Below, one piece after another: positions 7,227-16,473 of a stretch of DNA of 64,000 nt. The stretch comes from Francisella tularensis subsp. holarctica. GTDB lineage: Bacteria > Pseudomonadota > Gammaproteobacteria > Francisellales > CACEW01. The stretch lies in assembly GCA_945860585.1 (NCBI GenBank), contig CAMARA010000003.1:368-64367 (forward strand), read 5' to 3'. Both the position numbers and the translations under genes were made by a program. Position 1 is the stretch's first letter. Every line of letters starts with the position of its first letter. The notes beneath the pieces are model-generated. The model saw only the letters and a program-made list of their open reading frames with translations, searched no databases and had not been told where the DNA came from.

Positions 7227-9734
7227 TTATAGCTCCGCCAGCGCTTCCTTCTCTGCCCCTTGAGTTTTAGGGGGTGTTGATGCGAACGGCGTAGTGGTCG
7301 CAGTCACTGCTTTTGGTATTTTTACCCCTAGTGCTCTGATCTGTGCTCGAATTGCTTTGTCTTTGATGGGGGCTCCAGGTGTAGCAATAAGCAGTTCAAT
7401 TGCGGGAATATTTTTCTTGTAAATGGCTAGTGTTAAAGGGTTGTGCATTGCACCTGAATACTGTTGCCAATCTATTCCTGCTTGACAAAAGAAAATTAAA
7501 ATTTGCTGTTTATTCATGTCAACAGCCGTGTAAACAGGATCTAGAATGGGCGAGCCGTCGATAATCACTGCATTATGCATGGCAAATCCATTTTCCATTA
7601 AGAGTGTGGCAAAATGAACTAAATTATGTTGTGCTGCTAGAGTCATGAGTGTTATGCCATTTTCTTCTTTTACATCAATCGGTAGATTGCATGCCCTCGT
7701 ATTATTTAATAGCGACATAAAAACGGCCCTGAATTGGAGTTCGGGAAGTGGGGTGGCTGCATGTCGCGTCACAAGATATGTTACCAACAGCATTCCATAT
7801 GTATTCTTTAAGTGCAAATTTATAATTTCTGGATATTTTTCATGAAAATAATTAAATATTTCCAGGCTTCCCTGAAAATATTTTCGGTAAAAACAAGCGG
7901 TAAATGCGATCTTAAAATGTTTTGTGTTTTTATCAGATGCTAGAAGTGCCAGGCTTCTAATGAGGTGCACAAGGGAATGTCCGCCCTCCCACTCCCAAAC
8001 GGGTATACTCTTTAAAAATTTTATTGACGGTTGCAGTTTTGGATTTGCAGAGGATATAAGAACTTGAAGATTGTTTTCTGTCATGCCTGTTTGTTCTAAA
8101 AAATACTTGAAATAAGCGCTTTTTAAATGTGCCTCTAGAGAAGTTGTCATAGATGTGCTAGGTTCAAATACTAATGTGCGCGAGGTTGATATAGATATAG
8201 CCCAGCTATGTCCCTCAGGAATAAGAGGATCATATAAAATAAGTTGGTAAATGCCCGGGGGTAACGTTAATGTATCTTGATGAAGATTTTTAAAAGTGCC
8301 ACGATGTACAAGCACAAATTGTTTGATAACGTATTCAAACAGTCTTTTGGAAACGATAGCTGGAGAGTCTCCAGAAATAATAGTGCCATCTTTCAATGTG
8401 AGTGCAATTGGATTTTTTCTATCTAAGTGATTAAAAAGAGTCTCAAGCAGGGGGTGTGTAAAATGAATGTCTGATTGATAATGATTTCTCAGTAGGTAGT
8501 CCATTAGGCTTAGCAGCCGTCTTTCTACTGCAGGAAACAATGATGCAAGTGGATGCTTGATTTCAGGAATGAGGCTGCTTGACGCCTGGCCAGTAGACGT
8601 TAAATAAGCCTCTTTAAGTTCCTGATATGTGCTGTCTGGAAGGAATATTTTTAAAATGGAATGCGCGACACAGTCCCCAGGATGATTTGCAACATAAGCT
8701 CTTCGGATATAATACATAGCGTGTGTACGATCTTTTGTATCAATTTTAAAGAGATCTGTTGGAGGCGTCCGAGCAGGGGGTGTTGTAGCCATAGGTGCTG
8801 TGGCAAATAGAGCGCTGGCTAATCTGTCTAAAATAGTGGGGGCAGCAGAGGGTGCCAAGTCGAGACTGGCAGCTGCATCTTCAGTGGGTGGGGCAGTGGG
8901 TACATCAGGAAAAAGCGACGCGCTGGTGACGGTCAATCCACTTTCTTCTAAACGTGCGGCACAGGCTTCACGCAAAACGCGATCGTCATGAGGGCTGGTG
9001 AGGTGTACTTCTGTTTCTGAAATGGCATGTATGTCTAAGGTTTTTGTTTCGCCCGTCGTTGGATCTGTAAAAGTTAAACTAATGCCGTCTTCTGTTTCTG
9101 CTTTGTAAGCAAGTCCACAGGCTGTGGGGAGTGCTTTTTCTGTGAATTCAGGCCATTGAATTTGTAATTCACCGGCTTCATCCACACTGACGCGCGGAAT
9201 GAATTGGGCGGGTAACCGGGCCAGCGCGGCCAGCCAGGGTTTTAGAAATTGATATTCAGGGCTCAGTGTTTTCATAAATTGCTCTGCCAGTGTCGTGGCA
9301 ATGGACGGTGCAAAGTATGTTGCTGTCATGAGTCCGGCGCCTTTTAACGCACCCCAGACGCCCTGTGTGACTAAATTAAATCCTAGGCTTGCATGGCTGT
9401 AAAGCGCAAAACCTTTGGTGGCAAGGCCAATGAATTCTTTAAACAGGCTGGCGGGTCTGACACTATACTCCTCTAAATAGTCGCAGTCTGCATCTGTAAT
9501 CTCCCTACCTAGGAGTGCTAATTGAGTGTATATCCTGGCATGCCTTGTCATGCTGAATGCCATTGGTTCCGGCGCTATTTTATTTAAAAAAACATTCACT
9601 ACAGCAGCAATAGAAAGGAGTGAAGGAGGAGTGCCAAAAAATTTATTGGCGATGGCCATGCTTGCCCCTATTTCTGCGAGTGCAGCAGCGAATTCATTCG
9701 GGTCTGGTGTGGAGGGTTTGGTGGCAGTGTGCAT
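7227..9734 (-). CDS. Large ankyrin-repeat protein, candidate translocated effector
   Basis: 835 aa. The C-terminal part (about nt 7335-7667) has ankyrin-like repeats (GITLMTLAAQHNLVHFATLLMENG..., DPVYTAVDMNKQQILIFFCQAGID..., NPLTLAIYKKNIPAIELLIATPGA). The extreme C-terminus is glutamate-rich (GAEKEALAEL). The gene is AT-rich and breaks the usual hisS-yfgM neighbourhood. Confidence 0.8.
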   Translation of the reverse strand: MHTATKPSTPDPNEFAAALAEIGASMAIANKFFGTPPSLLSIAAVVNVFLNKIAPEPMAFSMTRHARIYTQLALLGREITDADCDYLEEYSVRPASLFKEFIGLATKGFALYSHASLGFNLVTQGVWGALKGAGLMTATYFAPSIATTLAEQFMKTLSPEYQFLKPWLAALARLPAQFIPRVSVDEAGELQIQWPEFTEKALPTACGLAYKAETEDGISLTFTDPTTGETKTLDIHAISETEVHLTSPHDDRVLREACAARLEESGLTVTSASLFPDVPTAPPTEDAAASLDLAPSAAPTILDRLASALFATAPMATTPPARTPPTDLFKIDTKDRTHAMYYIRRAYVANHPGDCVAHSILKIFLPDSTYQELKEAYLTSTGQASSSLIPEIKHPLASLFPAVERRLLSLMDYLLRNHYQSDIHFTHPLLETLFNHLDRKNPIALTLKDGTIISGDSPAIVSKRLFEYVIKQFVLVHRGTFKNLHQDTLTLPPGIYQLILYDPLIPEGHSWAISISTSRTLVFEPSTSMTTSLEAHLKSAYFKYFLEQTGMTENNLQVLISSANPKLQPSIKFLKSIPVWEWEGGHSLVHLIRSLALLASDKNTKHFKIAFTACFYRKYFQGSLEIFNYFHEKYPEIINLHLKNTYGMLLVTYLVTRHAATPLPELQFRAVFMSLLNNTRACNLPIDVKEENGITLMTLAAQHNLVHFATLLMENGFAMHNAVIIDGSPILDPVYTAVDMNKQQILIFFCQAGIDWQQYSGAMHNPLTLAIYKKNIPAIELLIATPGAPIKDKAIRAQIRALGVKIPKAVTATTTPFASTPPKTQGAEKEALAEL

Positions 9735-9851
9735 TTAATTTATTTCTTTTTATAAAGAAGGAAGCATATTATAATAATATAAATATGTCAAGAGCCTCTT
9801 GCAAGAGGGGTGGTTTGCCCTAGGTTTGCCCTGCATGCCCGAAACTGGCAT

Positions 9852-9880
9852 TTGACAATTTTTGCATTTTGCGGTAGTAT
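9852..9880 (+). promoter_or_regulatory. Putative sigma70 promoter for the small secreted ORF / chaperone-like operon
   Basis: TTGACA (9852-9857), a 17-nt spacer, then TAGTAT (9875-9880), about 40 nt upstream of the ORF at 9918. Confidence 0.45.
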
Positions 9881-9917
9881 TGTCTTGTGATAGTTCCTAA
9901 AATAATAATAAAGAGGT

Positions 9918-10130
9918 ATGGTCATGAAAAAAAAAATAGCACTTGGTTGTTTTTTGTTTGGTTTTGCTTTTGTTATATCGGGTAAAGCAGTGCTTGAAGC
10001 ACCTGCTCATGGACAGGCTGTTGTTGTTTCTGATGGTGTTACGCAAGTGTGTACTTTGGATCCAAAAGGCCTGTGTCAAAGCCTGCAAACGGATACAAAT
10101 CATGATGATGTTGGCGTATTTTTGCCTTAA
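9918..10130 (+). CDS. Small secreted protein (70 aa, signal peptide, two Cys)
   Basis: MVMKKKIALGCFLFGFAFVISGKA is a signal-peptide-like N-terminus. An AGAGG Shine-Dalgarno lies just upstream. It is co-oriented with the 255-aa chaperone-like gene and immediately upstream of it. Confidence 0.5.
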   Translation: MVMKKKIALGCFLFGFAFVISGKAVLEAPAHGQAVVVSDGVTQVCTLDPKGLCQSLQTDTNHDDVGVFLP

Positions 10131-10177
10131 GGCAAAGTCTATGTTAAAATAGGCGAATTATAATAAAGGTTTTGTTT

Positions 10178-10939
10178 ATGCGTTGGCGTGCTGGGTTTGT
10201 TTTATGCGGGTTTTTGGCCACAGCTTTGGGCGATTCTAATGCACCTGGATATTTGGCTATGGATTTTTCTGTGCAAACTCCTGGGTCTGTCTTTGCGATG
10301 CAGGATCCCTTAGTCTTAAGGTATCAGGTCAAAAACAATATTGCCAATTCAGTGACGTTGAGTGTTTTTACAAAATATTACCCGCTGGCCCAGTCTGCTC
10401 TTTTTGAAGGCGATAAACAAATCGAAAAAAGTAATGATGTTGATTTAAATCTAGCTCCAGTCATTACACTGACTCCTACGCAATTGACAGTGCCGCGTGG
10501 AGCAACCGAAACTGTGACTGTGACGATTCACCCTACGCAGGAAGAATTAGAGGTTAAAAAAACGTATCGTGGGTATATTGTATTTCAGGAGCAGGCAGCC
10601 CCTCCTGCAACAAGTCCTGTTAATTATCGTCAAATTGCATCTATTTATGTGAATACAGGAAAGCCTGATTTTGGGTTGTTGCAAATTAGTTGCAAAGTTT
10701 TCGGCGCACCTGGCCACATTCAGTTTAATATATTAAACAATTCTGATTATGTGTTTAGTCCCGAAGTTGCTGTTTCTGATGCTGTGGGTCATCCGCTTTT
10801 TAATAGTAAGTTGATGCCTGTGATTCAAAAGACTTCAGCTACGCGATTTTTAAGTTGGAATGAGCGTGTGAAGGGGCCTTATTCAATCATCTTGTCTATG
10901 CCAGATCATTCTTGGCAAAAAACCTATATTTGTGAATAA
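10178..10939 (+). CDS. Periplasmic two-domain chaperone-like protein, paralog 3 (PapD-like by motif)
   Basis: Signal peptide MRWRAGFVLCGFLATALG. Domain 2 has the motif ILNNSDYVFSPEV and a Cys pair (QISCKV ... TYICE), both shared with the ORFs at 14580-15377 and 10943-11851. ATG 10178 with an AAAGG RBS is preferred over TTG 10172. Confidence 0.6.
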   Translation: MRWRAGFVLCGFLATALGDSNAPGYLAMDFSVQTPGSVFAMQDPLVLRYQVKNNIANSVTLSVFTKYYPLAQSALFEGDKQIEKSNDVDLNLAPVITLTPTQLTVPRGATETVTVTIHPTQEELEVKKTYRGYIVFQEQAAPPATSPVNYRQIASIYVNTGKPDFGLLQISCKVFGAPGHIQFNILNNSDYVFSPEVAVSDAVGHPLFNSKLMPVIQKTSATRFLSWNERVKGPYSIILSMPDHSWQKTYICE

Positions 10940-10942
10940 TAC

Positions 10943-11851
10943 TTAAGAACCACTTTTAACCTGGTTGTGAATGGTATTTTTAAGTGGTTTTTTAACTTTA
11001 CTTAATTTCGTTGCTTTAACCTTTGGCAGAGGGGTGTAAATGCAATTAATCATCGTATGAATTGGTTTGGTTTCATAATGCATGGCCCAAGTCAATTGAG
11101 TTTGCTGTGTTGTAATTGTTTTTGCACTTACTGTTGCTGGCAATGTCATGTTACGTATCGCATCACTGTATGGTAGTACAGAGCCTGGATTGTTATCCAA
11201 GACCACCCCTGGTTGCCCTGCAATACTGACTTGATAATAAGGGGAGAATACATATGCGGTAGGGTTGTGAATGTTTAAGCGCATTGCCCCATTGGGCATG
11301 ATGTGACATTCGACGGTAATAGGGCTGTAGTTAGCTGTGCCATTTGAAATATATACACTAGTAATCGATTGCACATTATAGCTTAATACAATGCCTGCGC
11401 TTTGCTTTTTAGTTTTTTTAGATGATGTTTTCATTTTTGGGGCGGAGGATGCAAATTGAATATTTTGATAATAGGTTGCCGGTAAAAGAGTGTTGGGTAA
11501 ATCTAAATACATGCCGACAACCTCAAATTGATGGGGGGGCAGTACAAAATGCATGGGATAGTAATGTACATAGGGTGAAAGATCTAAATTAATTTTAGCT
11601 TTGCCAGGAAGGGAGCGGTCTACTTGGAAAAGAGCATTTTTGATGCCTGGAAACACTTTTCTAGTGCTCACATCTACTTGCTGAGGAGTAGTGCCGGGAT
11701 TGTTCACCACGAAAGCATAGCCTATGTGCGTTGGTGCTTGCACTGTTAAAAAGAAAGGCTCTGGTGTTACATTGACCGTATTGATAACGGTCTTTGCGAA
11801 TGCAGCAGGCGTGCAACAGATGAGCAAAGCAAAAAAAGCAATTTTATTCAT
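10943..11851 (-). CDS. Periplasmic two-domain chaperone-like protein, paralog 2. It is the last gene of the fibre operon and could act as a tip or adaptor component.
   Basis: Signal peptide MNKIAFFALLICCTPAAFA. It carries the motif IHNPTAYVFSPYY, a Cys pair (TVECHI ... INCIY) and a lysine-rich C-terminal tail. Confidence 0.55.
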   Translation of the reverse strand: MNKIAFFALLICCTPAAFAKTVINTVNVTPEPFFLTVQAPTHIGYAFVVNNPGTTPQQVDVSTRKVFPGIKNALFQVDRSLPGKAKINLDLSPYVHYYPMHFVLPPHQFEVVGMYLDLPNTLLPATYYQNIQFASSAPKMKTSSKKTKKQSAGIVLSYNVQSITSVYISNGTANYSPITVECHIMPNGAMRLNIHNPTAYVFSPYYQVSIAGQPGVVLDNNPGSVLPYSDAIRNMTLPATVSAKTITTQQTQLTWAMHYETKPIHTMINCIYTPLPKVKATKLSKVKKPLKNTIHNQVKSGS

Positions 11852-11859
11852 GATTTTCC

Positions 11860-14589
11860 TTATTCTTTTAGTTGGCCCACTGTATTCTTGTCAAAATTAA
11901 TAATGACATTGGATACCCACGATGTATTATTTGGAACTATAATTCTAAATGGACCTTCCGGTTTTTGCAAGCCCGTAAAGGTAATATTATACGTCCCTGG
12001 AATCAAACTTTGAAAGGAGAAATAATTTTGATTGGCAAAAATAGTGCCGTTTATGATGGGTCCAATTGGTTGAGAGTCAATTTTTTGGATTTGAATGCCT
12101 ATTTTTTCTGGAAGAGGGTCATTTGACTGAATATAGCCATCCATGCCTGTGGCGACAGTAATTTCGGGATTATATTCTAGTTCAGCGCCTGGAGTGAGTT
12201 GCATATTAATATTGTTGGTCGTGGGCATAAGAGAGGGGTCTAAAGTAGATAAATCAATCGAAAATTTGACTGGTGTATTGGCTGGCACGCCGATTATACT
12301 AAAATAGCCATCCTCGTTACTGGTTGCGCTTGCAGTTCCAGCTGTGACCACTACCCCTGACAAAGGCGTTGCAGGGGCACCATTGACGCTGGGACTCATT
12401 AATCGGCCAGAAATTTCCCCACTTCCAAAGTCTTTAACTGTATTGACTGTGGCGCCGATTAATTTGAGGGCATCATTAAATGTTAGCTGTAATGAAATTG
12501 ACTGAATAGAATAATTTAATGAGAGTGCCCAATTGGGGTTAGGGTTCCAGCCCAGCCCTACAGTCAATGTATAAGTTGGCTGGCCAATAATTTGCTCCCA
12601 TTGCAAATTTGTATTCCAGAGGCCATTTTGTGGGCGATAGCTATAATTTAAGTTGGTTGTGTCTTCGGTATCATTGCCACTCATTGTTTGAATGGTATAA
12701 CTATATTGTAGATAACTGTTGCCATATACAACAGAATTTAAAAAAGTTTGTGTTGAGCTTACACTATCGCCATTGTTGGTGGCTGTTGTGCCAGCAATGT
12801 TATTGCTTGCAGTCCCGCTTACAGTGCGCATAAATTGATATCCTGGATTTAAAAACCAAAAAGCTCGATAGTTGGTTCCTGTGCTAATGCTTTGCAGTCC
12901 TGGCGTAGATTGAAAGCTTGTTGAAATCCCTAGTTTTGGGAAAACACTCCAGCTATCCGATAGATTAAAATTATTTGTTTGTAGGGTTGAAGATTGGCCT
13001 GTAGGGGTATATATAGGGATTTGCAATAGTGATGAGTTGGGTGTCAAATGGGTGTAAGTCATTTGAATCGTATTGCTTGGAATCCATGTGCTAATGATGT
13101 TAAAATAGTAATTGCTTAAGCTATCAAGCATTTGTGAGTATTCTGCAGCTAAGCCAGGTGAGAGCTGCCAGCGAAAATCAAAATAATTAAAAAAACTATA
13201 TACCGTATCATAAGGATTGATCGTGCTTAAATCATTGACGGGGAAATAAAATCCACCATACCCTACGGTAAAATTGTTAAAGAGGCCATATTGATATAGC
13301 CATTGGGTGAGATTTCCTAATTGTCCATATCCAGATAAAGGTTGTAATTCACCTGTGCTCAATGCATAGTTACTTTGACTTTTTGCTAAAACGCCGATGT
13401 TGCCTGAAGCATAAGTGATGGAGCGTGTTTCTGAGGTGCCATCTGGATAATAATATGTGATTGCATAGACATCTCCAGGTGTTGCTTGATTGTCGGTAAT
13501 TGTATATTTACCGCTGCTATCTACAGTAAAGCTGCTGACTAGGTACGAATTATTTCGCCAAACTTGAATTTCTGTGTCAGGTTGAGTTTGTCCCTGATAT
13601 GTAAAGGTTAGCACAGATTGATTACTTTCAGGTAGTTTTTGTACTAATATGCCATTGGTTAAGCTTTGTTGTGGAAAAAATGGTGAGTTAATGCTTTGAA
13701 CATAGCCAAATTGTAGGGTGTTGATATTGGGGAGATTATTAAATGCATAGTTCCAGGTAAAATCTCCGTTTAATAGCCCCCCCCCTCCTGCAGAGGATGG
13801 ATTGCTGTAAATATTTTGAGATCCAGAAGCTGAAATCGTGCCTTTAAATAACGACCCTAGTAAATTAAAGTTGCCATTCAAGTTGCTGTTTGGTTGCCCA
13901 CCAGATGAATCCAGGGGCTGAGTATAATTTTCGTTTAAGGAATAATAGATTTGGCCTGAAGGAGCGAAGCCACTGCTAATGACTGGTTCTGCGGCTTGTT
14001 CTAGTGCTTTTTTTTGAGCCAGCATTTGCGCATTTAAAGCCGCTTGAGCTGAAGCAGCTCTTTTTTTCGCTGCAATACTTGCGGGTGAAAGAGGCAGGGT
14101 CGTTTTTAAGATAGATTGCAGTGGGTTCCAGTTAGTTTCAGGGTTGAGTTTGGTAAACAGTGCTGCAGAAATCCACCAAGAACCATTGTCAAAAACTAAA
14201 TCTGTTGACGAAAAAACAATAGATTGCTTTTTTTTATTTAAAATATATTGAATAGTATGGTCAGTTGGATTGATGATTAGGCTGGAGCCAGGTGGTCTTG
14301 ACTCTAAATCACAGATAGATTGTGCATCAGTGCAACCTTTTGCGACTTTAAATTCTAGTATGTTACTGTAAAAGTCAAGTATGTCCAGATAGGGATGGCC
14401 TTCATCATCCATTACTGTCGGGTGGGCCAAATCAGAGAAAAAAACCGTATCCTGCCCAGAAATATATACATCTAATTCAATCAAGCCTGGGGATAGCGCC
14501 CCTTGTAGTGAAGCGACGAACAAAAGGAGGGTTACAAGTAAGCCCCCTTTGTTGCATAATTTCATTAACACATTGTTTGCTATTGACAC
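11860..14589 (-). CDS. Large outer-membrane usher-like protein
   Basis: 909 aa with a signal peptide. A long central region is rich in aromatic/Gly/Ser/Asn alternating beta-strand-like sequence. Two C-terminal beta-sandwich-like segments follow (GEISGRLMSP...SGVVVTAGT...NEDGYFSIIGVPANTPVKFSIDL and DGYIQSN...IPGTYNITFTG). It lies between chaperone-like genes, the same position an usher holds in Csu/archaic chaperone-usher operons. Confidence 0.55.
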   Translation of the reverse strand: MSIANNVLMKLCNKGGLLVTLLLFVASLQGALSPGLIELDVYISGQDTVFFSDLAHPTVMDDEGHPYLDILDFYSNILEFKVAKGCTDAQSICDLESRPPGSSLIINPTDHTIQYILNKKKQSIVFSSTDLVFDNGSWWISAALFTKLNPETNWNPLQSILKTTLPLSPASIAAKKRAASAQAALNAQMLAQKKALEQAAEPVISSGFAPSGQIYYSLNENYTQPLDSSGGQPNSNLNGNFNLLGSLFKGTISASGSQNIYSNPSSAGGGGLLNGDFTWNYAFNNLPNINTLQFGYVQSINSPFFPQQSLTNGILVQKLPESNQSVLTFTYQGQTQPDTEIQVWRNNSYLVSSFTVDSSGKYTITDNQATPGDVYAITYYYPDGTSETRSITYASGNIGVLAKSQSNYALSTGELQPLSGYGQLGNLTQWLYQYGLFNNFTVGYGGFYFPVNDLSTINPYDTVYSFFNYFDFRWQLSPGLAAEYSQMLDSLSNYYFNIISTWIPSNTIQMTYTHLTPNSSLLQIPIYTPTGQSSTLQTNNFNLSDSWSVFPKLGISTSFQSTPGLQSISTGTNYRAFWFLNPGYQFMRTVSGTASNNIAGTTATNNGDSVSSTQTFLNSVVYGNSYLQYSYTIQTMSGNDTEDTTNLNYSYRPQNGLWNTNLQWEQIIGQPTYTLTVGLGWNPNPNWALSLNYSIQSISLQLTFNDALKLIGATVNTVKDFGSGEISGRLMSPSVNGAPATPLSGVVVTAGTASATSNEDGYFSIIGVPANTPVKFSIDLSTLDPSLMPTTNNINMQLTPGAELEYNPEITVATGMDGYIQSNDPLPEKIGIQIQKIDSQPIGPIINGTIFANQNYFSFQSLIPGTYNITFTGLQKPEGPFRIIVPNNTSWVSNVIINFDKNTVGQLKE

Positions 14590-15377
14590 GCGACAGTATG
14601 TTTGCTTAAGCCAGGTAAAGTCCAGTTAAGAGAGTATGTGCCCGTTTTGCCCTCAGCTGCTAAAAGTAGTCGCGTGCCCATGGAGTAAGGTAACAAGGGC
14701 TGTGGAGTTAGTGTCGCTACAGTTTGGTCATTTTGTACGAGGGTGACGTCGGGCCTAAATAAGTAAGATGTATTATTTTTCACGAGCATATTAAGTTTAC
14801 CGTCTGCGCCAATTTTACAGCTTACTTCCGCTTTATCGGCATTGCCTGTGCCATTATTTAAGTAAATATTATAGTTTAGCCCTACTACAATACTTGCAGC
14901 AGCTTGAGACGCGCCTTTAGGTTGTTCTTGACTATTCAATTGAACAGGAGCTGATTTTGGAGCTAATTTTAATGAGAGAAAATAAGTTCCATCAGGCAGA
15001 TTAGGCGGTCTTTTTATCATAACGCGCAAAGTGCCACTTTGTCCTGCTGGCATGACCAATATTTTAGGCGTGAAAATCATCTGGTTGTTAAGGTTGATAT
15101 ATTGATAACCGTTTTCTAGTGGCAGCGCGGTGTCAGAGGCATATCCGCCTTTTCCGGGTTCAAGAGAGTCACTCCCTGCGGATGTATAAATCGCTTGTTC
15201 TTTGCCTGAGTTGATGACTTGTAATAAAACTCCGCTCAATGGATTAAAAGGAGAGGTGGTGACAGGCGGTGCAATTTGAAAGCCCAAAGAGCTTCCGCTA
15301 TCTGCTTCAGTAGCTATGCCACATAATGGCATTGTCAAGGTGCAGAGGATGACTGACGAGATGAGTTGTTTTTTCAT
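14580..15377 (-). CDS. Periplasmic two-domain chaperone-like protein, paralog 1
   Basis: Signal peptide MKKQLISSVILCTLTMPLCGIA. Domain 1 has FTPKILVMPAGQSGTLRVMIK ... YFLSLKLAP, which resembles PapD-like chaperones. Domain 2 has VKNNTSYLFRPDV (compare NPTPYYV in classical chaperones). The Cys pair is EVSCKI ... TVACQ. Confidence 0.62.
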   Translation of the reverse strand: MKKQLISSVILCTLTMPLCGIATEADSGSSLGFQIAPPVTTSPFNPLSGVLLQVINSGKEQAIYTSAGSDSLEPGKGGYASDTALPLENGYQYINLNNQMIFTPKILVMPAGQSGTLRVMIKRPPNLPDGTYFLSLKLAPKSAPVQLNSQEQPKGASQAAASIVVGLNYNIYLNNGTGNADKAEVSCKIGADGKLNMLVKNNTSYLFRPDVTLVQNDQTVATLTPQPLLPYSMGTRLLLAAEGKTGTYSLNWTLPGLSKHTVACQ

Positions 15378-15862
15378 GATGAAGATTCTCCTGTTGGTAA
15401 TTCGTTAATTTGAACTGAAAATGCACCCTGATAATAACCAGAGCGATGCCCTGAGATGGTCAGCTGTGCGCCGATGTTAAAGTCACAATATCCTTCGCCT
15501 CCTATTGTACAGGTATTATTAGGCTGATTAGAAGTAAACTGGCTCAGTGTGGCAGATTGCTGATTGACGGCATAGAGTGGGGTAGCTTCATTAAAAGATA
15601 ATTGAACGGTGCTACCTGGTGTGTCAAAAACACGTAATAGAGCGGCATGTTTGGTTCCTGCTGTCGTTACATTGTTGGGTAATCTTTGGTCTCCATTTGG
15701 GCTGAGTTGGATTGCGTCAGAGCCGATCGCTCCAACGCCATAGATAATCATGCCAAACTGGAGTGGATTTAGAGTTTGATTGCTGAGCTCTGCTTGAGCA
15801 GGTAGGGTGAGTACAGTCAGCATAAGTGTGCTGCAGCCAAGTCGAAGTAAATACGTTAACAT
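15374..15862 (-). CDS. Small secreted fibre subunit-like protein (DUF4402/SCPU-like by pattern)
   Basis: 162 aa with a signal peptide ending in AQA. It has the LQFGMI motif, a Cys pair (NNTCTIGGEGYC) and the C-terminal GYYQGAFSVQI motif, all shared with the two upstream paralogs. An ATGA overlap links it to the chaperone-like gene. Confidence 0.6.
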   Translation of the reverse strand: MLTYLLRLGCSTLMLTVLTLPAQAELSNQTLNPLQFGMIIYGVGAIGSDAIQLSPNGDQRLPNNVTTAGTKHAALLRVFDTPGSTVQLSFNEATPLYAVNQQSATLSQFTSNQPNNTCTIGGEGYCDFNIGAQLTISGHRSGYYQGAFSVQINELPTGESSS

Positions 15863-16449
15863 TAGTTTACTCCCATAATTAAATCCAGAGCATTATTGTT
15901 ATCATAATGATCTGCTACTGTCGTGGGGGGGATGGTAAGCACTCCTCCTAAATAAAGCACAACTTGTTGGTTGTGTGCAACAGCGCTGCTGACATTGCTG
16001 GTGATTGGGATATAGCGATCTCCTCCGTCAAATAATATAGAATGGCTTTGAATATCTGTAATGTTCAGCAATTGTTGATGCTGTTCTCCAATTAAATAAG
16101 ATTGATTTGCAATTCCTGTTATTGTCACTGTGAGTCCATTTTCTACTTGAAGTAAAATTTTTGCAGGTGAAGATTCGAATGTTTCAGCACCATTATTGCA
16201 AATTGTTTGTACTGCATTAAACCCTGTGGTGCGGGCATCAAGTACACAAGTGGTGGGTTGATTGGCCTGCTTATTTAGTGCTATTTTGCCAAAATTGATC
16301 ATGGTTTGGCTTGCGGCAGCATTGTATGCAATTGTATTCATAATTTCAGCCGTTGCAGTAATGACAATCGGCAAGCCTAAGGCAATATGTACTCCTAGGC
16401 TATCAAGAATACACAGTATCGCAAACTGTTGCAGTTTTTTCATCGTCAC
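15862..16449 (-). CDS. Small secreted fibre subunit-like protein
   Basis: 195 aa with a hydrophobic N-terminus, the INFGKI motif, a Cys pair (TTCVLD...TICNNG) and the C-terminal DHYDNNNALDLIMGVN. Confidence 0.55.
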   Translation of the reverse strand: MTMKKLQQFAILCILDSLGVHIALGLPIVITATAEIMNTIAYNAAASQTMINFGKIALNKQANQPTTCVLDARTTGFNAVQTICNNGAETFESSPAKILLQVENGLTVTITGIANQSYLIGEQHQQLLNITDIQSHSILFDGGDRYIPITSNVSSAVAHNQQVVLYLGGVLTIPPTTVADHYDNNNALDLIMGVN

Positions 16450-16473
16450 TCACCCTAGATAGACGTGCTTACG

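Noticed and set aside
9897-10152. Alternative small ORFs (9943-10152 on the plus strand, 9897-10103 on the minus strand) overlapping the 70-aa secreted-protein ORF
   Set aside because: Only the 9918-10130 frame has both a Shine-Dalgarno sequence and a convincing signal peptide. The others are Leu/Cys/Lys-rich frame shadows.
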